Shown in pieces: positions 25,235 to 32,105 of a stretch of DNA of 32,105 nucleotides (positions are counted from its first letter, which is position 1; each line of letters starts with the position of its first letter). The notes under the pieces were generated by a model. That model worked only from the letters and a program-made list of their open reading frames with translations. It made no database searches and was not told the origin of the DNA. The translations under genes were made by a program, and so were the position numbers. The stretch comes from a virus (taxonomy: Duplodnaviria > Caudoviricetes), in IMG/VR virus record IMGVR_UViG_3300031519_005527, positions 1 to 32,105 of that record, one strand, 5' to 3'.

Positions 25235-25695
25235 GTCAATCCTGTAGATCCCAAACCGCCGGCACCTCGGGCAGTCTTCTTGCCGTATATGCTGTCTTCT
25301 TTGATCTCCCACAATACAGGTTTTTCGATTCTCACAAAAACTCCCTGGGCGATTTTCTGGCCAGGTTCGATAAACTGAATATCCTTACCTATGTTCTGGA
25401 GGTTGACGAATATCTCGCCGTCATACCCCTCATCGACCACGCAGGCACCAGTGATCAACTGTGTCTTTGACGCGATACCAGACTTGTTCATAATCTGGAA
25501 CATGCACTCTGGTGGCACTTCAACCTTCACCCCTGTCTCCAAGAGAACACTCTGCCCTGGTTTAACCCTGACTGCTGCCCCCTCTAATGGACAAAAGTAA
25601 ATATCCAGACCTGCATCACCTCTGTGTGCTCTCGTTGGCAACTTTGCTTCTGGACGGGTCCTAAAAACTTTAACGTAATCCGCTTCCATACTCAT
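25231..25695 (-). CDS. dut: dUTPase (trimeric)
   Basis: AGLDI, KSGIA, VVDEGYDGEI, KIAQ, RGAGGLGSTG. Confidence 0.95.
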   Translation of the reverse strand: MSMEADYVKVFRTRPEAKLPTRAHRGDAGLDIYFCPLEGAAVRVKPGQSVLLETGVKVEVPPECMFQIMNKSGIASKTQLITGACVVDEGYDGEIFVNLQNIGKDIQFIEPGQKIAQGVFVRIEKPVLWEIKEDSIYGKKTARGAGGLGSTGLT

Positions 25696-26075
25696 CTTCT
25701 GTGTATCTCCTCTGTCGCTCCCACGACTACCTTTTTTAATCCTCTGTCTCGCTCAATACTATAGGCGATTGCTCTTAATCCTGATTTTGCAGGATCCATA
25801 TCGTTGATAAGATACCTTGGTCCTCGTTCGATGCCCATCACCAACTTGTCCCACGGTACACCCATAGTGAGAAGTTCCCTAACGGTGTGGTCTCTAAGAT
25901 CTTCAGGGCGGGCAGTTGTGAAAACAATCATGCACCCATCCCTCTTCCAACGCTTGAGTTTCTCCAGTGCACCTGGTGTAAACTCTGATTTTGTCGTCTT
26001 TATCGTTTCAAATTTGCGATACTTGAATATCGTCCCATCTATATCGCAAAATATAGTTCTCTTTTTCTCTACCAT
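25692..26075 (-). CDS. HAD-superfamily phosphatase-like protein
   Basis: DIDGT, TTAR, LINDM; capless 127 aa. Confidence 0.8.
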   Translation of the reverse strand: MVEKKRTIFCDIDGTIFKYRKFETIKTTKSEFTPGALEKLKRWKRDGCMIVFTTARPEDLRDHTVRELLTMGVPWDKLVMGIERGPRYLINDMDPAKSGLRAIAYSIERDRGLKKVVVGATEEIHRR

Positions 26076-26083
26076 GATACCTC

Positions 26084-29000
26084 CTATGCTAAAATCTTAA
26101 AGTTTCTTCTAACTGACCGTGTACTGAACCCCCACTGAGGATCCCACTGAAGTCTAGACATGTAAGGTCTGTTAATATAGACCTTATCTTTCGCTGGATC
26201 CACGCCCCAACACTTGATAGTGTTCTCCTCTGAGTTTGAATCCACAACTTTCACTACATAAAACACCTTACCATTTTTTGTCTTCTTTTGCAAGACTTCT
26301 CTTGGAATAAACCAACAAACACCCAACTCGGGATCGAACTCGGAAATGGGAGGTATCATTTTCTCTTCGAACAGTGCCTGCAACTGTTCACTGACAACGG
26401 CACTTACTGGGAAGATGCCTGTAAGTGTGACAAGGTGTTGCAATTTCTCCTCTTCCGTAAAGTCCCCCTCTGCCTCATACAATACAATGTTCTCATCAAG
26501 GTTCTTCTTCTTTCTTGGACGCTCGATAGCGATCGCTGTCCAAAAGTGCTTCAACCCTGAGAATCTTTCGTCCATCAGGCAGTTGAGTGCTTGTGCTCTA
26601 GTGAGTGCGTCAACTGCTTTCTTGTTCAACTTAGAGTAGACGATGTCATCATTAAAAAGAAAGTCCTCTATCGTTTTGAACGGACGGTTGTTCATTATTT
26701 GTGCGATGGCGGTTGTCCCAAGACCCTTGATAGATGACAAGGGTTGTATGAGAGTCTTCCCATCTTCACTAATCTCCCACACGATACCTGATGTGTTCAC
26801 GTTCAGTGGTTCGATTCTGTACCCGTACGACTTCGCTACATTGATCGCTCGCTCTTTTCTTTTATCTGGTTCTTTGTCCAAGAATGCTGCCAACCAACAT
26901 TCAGGATAATAGTTAAGAAGATAAGCACATTGGTAAGAAAGAACGCAATAGGAGACAGCGTGAGATTTGTTGAAACCATATCCAGAAAAATATTCAAACT
27001 TTTCCCAAAGTTCCTTTGCTTCATGCTGCTTCATTCCCTTCTCTATACATCCTCTACGAAACTTATCGTAGATCTTATCTTTCTCTACTGTTGCTGATCC
27101 GGTACCCGTTTTAGTCAAGATCTTACGCAACTTATTGCCCTCGTCAAGAGACAGGTCTTTGCCCAACTTGTGAGCGAGCATTGCAATCTGCTCTTGAAAT
27201 ATAAGAAACCCGTAGGTCTCCTCGGTCACTTCGCGTACCTGAGCGTTGAGATATTCTACATCTTCGGGGTTCTCTTTAGCACCGACATACATCTTGTCAA
27301 CACCTGCAGAAAGCGGACCAGGGCGATATATAGAAGTAATGGCAGCAAGGTCCGTAATATTATTTGGTTTAGCATTCTTACAGAATGACTGTGCACCAGC
27401 TTCGGTGAACTGGAAGATTCCTGCCCACCTTCCTTCATGAAATACATTTTCCCATACCTCCCTATCGTTCAAGTCAATCTTCTCAGGATGCAACTTCTCT
27501 TCATAAAAATTTCTGATGTCTTCAAAGGTGGGGTCGGTATACCCTTCGTGTCGTACAAGGATGTGGCGAACGGCATCCTCCATCATTCGCAGAGAGGCAA
27601 GACCCAAGATGTCAAACTTAATAAACCCCATCGGTTCAAGATGCCTTACATTCATCCCCTCAGACCAAGGAGTCTGACGTACGCCTCCAGAGTTAATCAA
27701 CGGCATCCACTTGTCCAGGTTCTCACCAACAACAACCCCCCCAGCGTGTCTGGATGCAGATCGTGTCTGACCATACAAAGTATTGACGTGTGTTTCCACC
27801 TCTGGATACTTTCTTAGAAACTTCTGTAGAGAATCTGAGTACTCCATCAGTTCGTCAAACGTTGGATTGTAAACACCTGCTGTGATCCCATGCGCTTTCT
27901 TAGCAAGTGGTGTCGCCTCGAAGACCATCTTGTTCGTTACTGCGTTCACTTCCGTGAATTCAATATCGAAGAACTTTGAGATATCTTTAATCAGCGACCT
28001 GAGTTGCAGCGTGTTCCAATTGGTTATCGGTACAACAACATCGTCACCCCATTCGTTAATCAGATGTTCCTTAAGCACCATTGGATTCGAAACGTCATAG
28101 TCGATATCGGGATATCCAGAACCACCTTTTGTTAAAAAACGCTCAAATTGCAGTCCGTATCGTATAGGATCTACTTGGGTGATGCCCAAGGCATAGGCAG
28201 CAAGAGAACCCGCAGCAGAACCGCGTCCTGCGCCTGTAAGTTGCATCCTCGTCGCCTCTTCTGCTATCTTTTTCATCGTCAAGAAGTACTTGCTGAATCC
28301 TCGCTCATCAATTACTCCAACTTCGTACTTCAGTCTCTCAATGTACTCCGATTTGTCAGCAAACCCCTTCTCCTTCGCGCCTTCTAAACATAAGATTGCG
28401 AGGGCCTGTCCTGCTGTCTCTCCCTCTGGTACAACGAAGTCAGGAAGTCTAACAGTATTGTCCGGCATGAACGATTCAATCCGCTCATGAGCAATCTGGT
28501 ATGTTCTAGAAATAGAGTCTTTTACAAGGTTGTCATCGTATTCTACTCCGCATTCTTTGGAGTATTTTTTGTAACTCTCCCACATCTGGTCGCCATTCTT
28601 TGGATACAGTTCGTACCCGATCTCATCGACGTCGACAGGCAGGTCATCTGATAACCATTCTACCTTCCTACCGAGAAAACCTAGTCTTTTATAGAGTTCA
28701 CGGTCTTTCCAGGCATCTGGTGAATAATAGTGGGAATCTGCGGTAGAGATCAGATCGATACCAAACTCGTAGTGCATCTGGATTATGAATTGATTTAAAG
28801 AGTGCTGTTCTGGTACGTTATTCCATTGCAACTCCCCATACCATCTGTCTCCAAAGATAGACTGCATCTTTTGCGTAGTCTTCCTGAATGCGTCCAGCAC
28901 TGCGTCTTCACCAAACTCTATGTTTGACCTATAGTCACCAGCGTAGATCCCGCCGAGGCAAGCGGATGCAGCGATGACGCCCTCGCTGTGCTTCTTGAGC

Positions 29001-29506
29001 ATAGCATAGTCAATTCTGGGGTACCGATAGAAATTGTCACCCATGTATGATTTTGAGATCATCTTAAAGATATTCTGCAAACCTGTCTGGTTTTGTGCCA
29101 GCAAGATGAGATGACTTCTTTTGTTGAGGGTAGATTTTACTTTTCTTTTCGAACCCTCATCCTCTATAGTTGTGCCGGACTGGGTCGACTCTAGTTGCTT
29201 TTTGTTTTTCGCTTCCTGTCTTATTCTAGTGTAGTCCTCTTTCCAATTTGCCACGCTTGGTACAAAGTATGCCTCACAACCAAAAATTGGTTTGAACTCC
29301 TTACCATCGGCGAGCATCTTCTTGGCATGTAGAACCTGATATGCTAATCCATTAGCGTTGCCGTGGTCCGTTAATGCAAGTGCGTCCATGCCATTGCCAA
29401 ACGCAAAGTCCATATGTTGCTGTGGATATCCCAAAGCGTCGAAGATGGATCCTGCAACTGAGTGGGCGTGCAGACCCACAAACGGTATTGTTGGTTGTTC
29501 TCTCAA
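26084..29506 (-). CDS. dnaE: DNA polymerase III alpha subunit
   Basis: PHP domain (HAH, TDHG, ADSHY); GRGSAAGSL, PDIDYD, KFDILGL, GIFQF, RPGP, FQEQ, YGFNKSH; C-terminal OB fold. Confidence 0.97.
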   Translation of the reverse strand: MREQPTIPFVGLHAHSVAGSIFDALGYPQQHMDFAFGNGMDALALTDHGNANGLAYQVLHAKKMLADGKEFKPIFGCEAYFVPSVANWKEDYTRIRQEAKNKKQLESTQSGTTIEDEGSKRKVKSTLNKRSHLILLAQNQTGLQNIFKMISKSYMGDNFYRYPRIDYAMLKKHSEGVIAASACLGGIYAGDYRSNIEFGEDAVLDAFRKTTQKMQSIFGDRWYGELQWNNVPEQHSLNQFIIQMHYEFGIDLISTADSHYYSPDAWKDRELYKRLGFLGRKVEWLSDDLPVDVDEIGYELYPKNGDQMWESYKKYSKECGVEYDDNLVKDSISRTYQIAHERIESFMPDNTVRLPDFVVPEGETAGQALAILCLEGAKEKGFADKSEYIERLKYEVGVIDERGFSKYFLTMKKIAEEATRMQLTGAGRGSAAGSLAAYALGITQVDPIRYGLQFERFLTKGGSGYPDIDYDVSNPMVLKEHLINEWGDDVVVPITNWNTLQLRSLIKDISKFFDIEFTEVNAVTNKMVFEATPLAKKAHGITAGVYNPTFDELMEYSDSLQKFLRKYPEVETHVNTLYGQTRSASRHAGGVVVGENLDKWMPLINSGGVRQTPWSEGMNVRHLEPMGFIKFDILGLASLRMMEDAVRHILVRHEGYTDPTFEDIRNFYEEKLHPEKIDLNDREVWENVFHEGRWAGIFQFTEAGAQSFCKNAKPNNITDLAAITSIYRPGPLSAGVDKMYVGAKENPEDVEYLNAQVREVTEETYGFLIFQEQIAMLAHKLGKDLSLDEGNKLRKILTKTGTGSATVEKDKIYDKFRRGCIEKGMKQHEAKELWEKFEYFSGYGFNKSHAVSYCVLSYQCAYLLNYYPECWLAAFLDKEPDKRKERAINVAKSYGYRIEPLNVNTSGIVWEISEDGKTLIQPLSSIKGLGTTAIAQIMNNRPFKTIEDFLFNDDIVYSKLNKKAVDALTRAQALNCLMDERFSGLKHFWTAIAIERPRKKKNLDENIVLYEAEGDFTEEEKLQHLVTLTGIFPVSAVVSEQLQALFEEKMIPPISEFDPELGVCWFIPREVLQKKTKNGKVFYVVKVVDSNSEENTIKCWGVDPAKDKVYINRPYMSRLQWDPQWGFSTRSVRRNFKILA

Positions 29507-30324
29507 AGTACTTCCCTTTCGTCTTTCTTAAATGAATTACTAAAACACCATCTCCAGTCACCATTGACCTTTATAGGATCAGTCATCATCTCCCGATAAC
29601 CGTCCCATGTGGATATGTCATAATAATAATCCAACTCGTATGTTCCACTATTCTCAATCATTATATCATCACTGAACACTTTGTCAAGTGTATAGTCGCT
29701 CTTTGTATCCATTCTTTTAAATAGATATGAACAATGTTTAAACTGTCTTGCGTTGAAACTAAATCCAAGGTGGGCACCTGTCCTGGCACTTTGTCCATTA
29801 TAAGTGAGAAACATCGAATCGTTACTTTTCACTAGGGATCTAACTTCTACGTTTTTCGGATAATAGACACCATATGGCATTGATACATAATATCTGTGTG
29901 GGGTTATCCACTTGCTTATCTTGTCACTTATCGTGTAACTCGCATACACTCCCTCCATGACTGACACCCCAATGCCCTCCTTGTTCATGTGCCTATAAGA
30001 GAGGGGGACGTAATATATCGGAACGTGTCTTCTGAGGTCTGAAGAGAACTTTGCATACTTTGCCCTCTCGTGTTGTGCCAGGTTTAAGACAAAATCTCCG
30101 CAGACCTTCTTGAGGACTGGAGCGATCGCCTCGTCACAAACTATCCATATTGTTTTGCATCCGAGATAAGAACACTCTGCTATGCTTCTTTGTACAGCAT
30201 AATAACCATTTGCGATAGGTAGCATACTCGGGTGGAGCAAGAGGTCGATATCAGACTGGACTTTAGATACTGGAATTATCCCTGCGATATGCTTTGAGGA
30301 TGTCATCTCGTTTTTGTCTGTCAT
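29503..30324 (-). CDS. degenerate sugar-nucleotidyltransferase-like (GT-A fold) protein
   Basis: IAGIIPV....HPSMLPI...AV..SI.EC..LGCKTIWIV...YDISTWDGY. Lacks the canonical GxGxR. Confidence 0.55.
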   Translation of the reverse strand: MTDKNEMTSSKHIAGIIPVSKVQSDIDLLLHPSMLPIANGYYAVQRSIAECSYLGCKTIWIVCDEAIAPVLKKVCGDFVLNLAQHERAKYAKFSSDLRRHVPIYYVPLSYRHMNKEGIGVSVMEGVYASYTISDKISKWITPHRYYVSMPYGVYYPKNVEVRSLVKSNDSMFLTYNGQSARTGAHLGFSFNARQFKHCSYLFKRMDTKSDYTLDKVFSDDIMIENSGTYELDYYYDISTWDGYREMMTDPIKVNGDWRWCFSNSFKKDEREVL

Positions 30325-31018
30325 AGTACTCAACCTTCTCATTGCTTCTGTACACCACTTCCTCTAGTGGGGTCACCCTTCTCTCGATAACTTCAAGATT
30401 TGGGTTCCGCCTAGATTCGCCGCGTGTTATGGGTCTGTGTAGTCTTTCGTCTTTTAAGAGTTCTTTCTGACTCACGAACCTAACAATAGTATCAGAATAA
30501 TCAAAGTTTGTCAACTGTTCTTTCGTTAGGTTGCAAACTGCTACCACTTCTTTTTTACCAAAGCATCTAATAAGTTTAACAAACGACTCCTTTGGAAAGA
30601 TTGTATCTATATTAGTCACATTACAAAATTTTAGTCTCATAAAATCCATAGTTTTATATAGATCTTCATGTTCTACCTTGTGTATGTCCAAGTCTGTCCT
30701 GATGTTTTGGGACGGAAAGAGGTGACACTTCTTGAATTCTATGCTGGTATCTCTAAATCCGATATTGTTCTTCTCCACTCTCAAGAAGTCAAGCGTATCG
30801 GGGTTGATGACCAATCCGCGCATCGAGCACAAGAACTTTAACATTGACCAGGCGTCTACTACCTCTGTCGTATTGAGTGTTTCGACTCGTACCGGGTGAT
30901 CGAACACGACGTCTACATCTGGTTCACTCTGGTCAACGAGTATAATTGGGACACTCTCAGAGTACGCCTTGACTAGAGCGTGGACACAAGATCCAACTAT
31001 TACCTCTTCTAGTAACAT
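30263..31018 (-). CDS. hypothetical protein with degenerate Rossmann/FAD-binding-like N-terminus
   Basis: VIVGSCVHALVKAY....PIILVD pattern. Confidence 0.5.
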   Translation of the reverse strand: MLLEEVIVGSCVHALVKAYSESVPIILVDQSEPDVDVVFDHPVRVETLNTTEVVDAWSMLKFLCSMRGLVINPDTLDFLRVEKNNIGFRDTSIEFKKCHLFPSQNIRTDLDIHKVEHEDLYKTMDFMRLKFCNVTNIDTIFPKESFVKLIRCFGKKEVVAVCNLTKEQLTNFDYSDTIVRFVSQKELLKDERLHRPITRGESRRNPNLEVIERRVTPLEEVVYRSNEKVEYYDRQKRDDILKAYRRDNSSI

Positions 31019-32105
31019 ACCATCAAGTCATAGTCATAGCGATTAGAATGCAACGCTGGTTGGAACATAGAATCTTGATCGTCAGGTAGGCATATCTCGT
31101 CGAGAATAGACATAAGATCATTGTACATCTGCTCGGTACTATCAGTCAATACAAATGTGTCACCACCAGTTGGTTGCGTGTATCTGACCCATCGATTCTG
31201 GTAGTATGACCTAGTGAAGACATACAGTTTAGTGTTTGGAGACGCAGACAGGGCAGTGATGAGCGGTGCCGGGTCCAAGACGGGGTCCAAGAATGATTGG
31301 TCTTCCTCATCTGTAAATACAATTATTATTCTGTCTGCCTCGCTCCTCCAGTTCATCAAGAAGTCTCGAAGGACAGGCATAGAATCTATCATGTGAAATC
31401 TATCTGCCCAAGATGCGGTCGAGAGGTCGTATGGAAGACTCGTAGAAATGGTTCTTAGCGAAAGGTAGATCGCGTCCCTCAGCATCTCAGACGTCGTGCC
31501 GCCGAATGACCCGGCGGAAGAAAATGCTGCCATAAAGTCCGTGAAACTAACAATGTCTGCTTCCCTTTTCAACCACTCAGTCTGTTGGCTCGAGTGCAAA
31601 CCTTCCACAGGAAATGATCTAGGACCGGTAATCAACCCCCACTTTAACTTCTGTTCTGCAGAGAACTGACTAGCGAACCTATTCATCGCCGTTCGGACTG
31701 CATTAATACTGTACTCCATTGACCCAGACCAATCGACAATAAAAAGGATGTCTGTATCTGGAATTGCTTCACCAAAGTCCGTGGTTCCGTCACAGTCATT
31801 GTCAGCACCATCGCATATCTCTCTGCTCGGAACAATCTCTCCAGCGCAGAAATCGATAAGCAAGTCTCCGTTCGATAGTTCACCAAACCACTGTCCTTCT
31901 AGGCAAAGCATCTCGCCGAGTGAACATACACCGATGCCACCAGTTCCCTCTGGTCCAGAGTAGCATGGTTTGGCAAGATCTTCGTCAACTAGGTCGTCGC
32001 AGTCTTCATCAAAGTTATTGCAAACTTCTGGGTTGACTGGGATGCCAAGTAGTGCGTTGCACGCTTCTGGATCATCAGCAGGGACTAGTTCCGGAGGTAA
32101 CCAAG
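31009..32105 (-). CDS. Cys/Asp-repeat protein with C-terminal VWA domain (5' truncated)
   Basis: Frame is open to the window edge. Repeats EVCNNFDEDCDDLVDE and EICDGADNDCDGTTD, with CYSGPEGTGGIGVC between them; MIDAS DWSGS and FTDE. Confidence 0.85.
   Translation of the reverse strand, partial: WLPPELVPADDPEACNALLGIPVNPEVCNNFDEDCDDLVDEDLAKPCYSGPEGTGGIGVCSLGEMLCLEGQWFGELSNGDLLIDFCAGEIVPSREICDGADNDCDGTTDFGEAIPDTDILFIVDWSGSMEYSINAVRTAMNRFASQFSAEQKLKWGLITGPRSFPVEGLHSSQQTEWLKREADIVSFTDFMAAFSSAGSFGGTTSEMLRDAIYLSLRTISTSLPYDLSTASWADRFHMIDSMPVLRDFLMNWRSEADRIIIVFTDEEDQSFLDPVLDPAPLITALSASPNTKLYVFTRSYYQNRWVRYTQPTGGDTFVLTDSTEQMYNDLMSILDEICLPDDQDSMFQPALHSNRYDYDLMVCY

Noticed and set aside
26084-29506. Intein or intron in dnaE
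   Set aside because: Length of 1140 aa is normal, motifs are contiguous, and there are no splice-junction or homing-endonuclease motifs.
18606-29506. Interpretation as a bacterial chromosome because of groEL, clpP, dnaE and guaB-like genes
   Set aside because: Single-strand packing, many small orphans, Rnl1, phage-type dam, an endolysin and the absence of normal operon partners (groES, clpX, guaA) favour a large phage, although no capsid or terminase gene is in the window.
59-31963. All + strand ORFs and nested alternative-frame - strand ORFs in the track
   Set aside because: They are antisense shadows or alternative frames of well-supported - strand genes, with no motifs or RBS support.
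1-32105. Stop-codon reassignment as seen in some huge phages
   Set aside because: Long genes are intact in code 11, and TAA, TAG and TGA all terminate genes at expected positions.
1-32105. Avoidance of GATC, GAATTC or CAATTG linked to the encoded MTases/nuclease
   Set aside because: All are readily found in the window; there is no visible depletion, unlike RGCY.

Overview
Fragment of a large dsDNA tailed-phage (jumbo/huge-phage-like) genome. It is about 42% GC by eye, uses the standard genetic code, and every credible gene is on the - strand, tightly packed with ATGA/TTGA/GTGA overlaps. Read in the direction of transcription (right to left), it contains: a truncated Cys/Asp-repeat + VWA protein; a replication/nucleotide operon (two degenerate enzyme-like ORFs, DnaE, a HAD protein, dUTPase, IMPDH/GMPR, a stand-alone sigma region-4 protein); proteostasis genes (ClpP, GroEL, glutaredoxin, FKBP PPIase); probable late genes (acidic scaffold-like protein, PG-binding M15 endolysin); UvsE; thymidine kinase; many small KOW/SH3-like ORFs; tRNA-Arg(UCU); a four-gene cluster of Dam-MTase / minimal EcoRI-like nuclease / Dam-MTase / PD-(D/E)xK nuclease; an Rnl1-type RNA ligase; and tRNA-Ile2(CAU). 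The strongest unexplained signals are (1) near-elimination of RGCY tetramers (AGCT/GGCC/AGCC/GGCT) across the window, which the encoded adenine MTases do not obviously explain, (2) the phage-borne double MTase/nuclease cluster, and (3) two promoter classes: consensus sigma70, and a CTAnTTA motif in front of late-like genes. Family calls come from motif recognition only; no searches were run. Several start codons were moved relative to the ORF track on the basis of overlaps and RBS.
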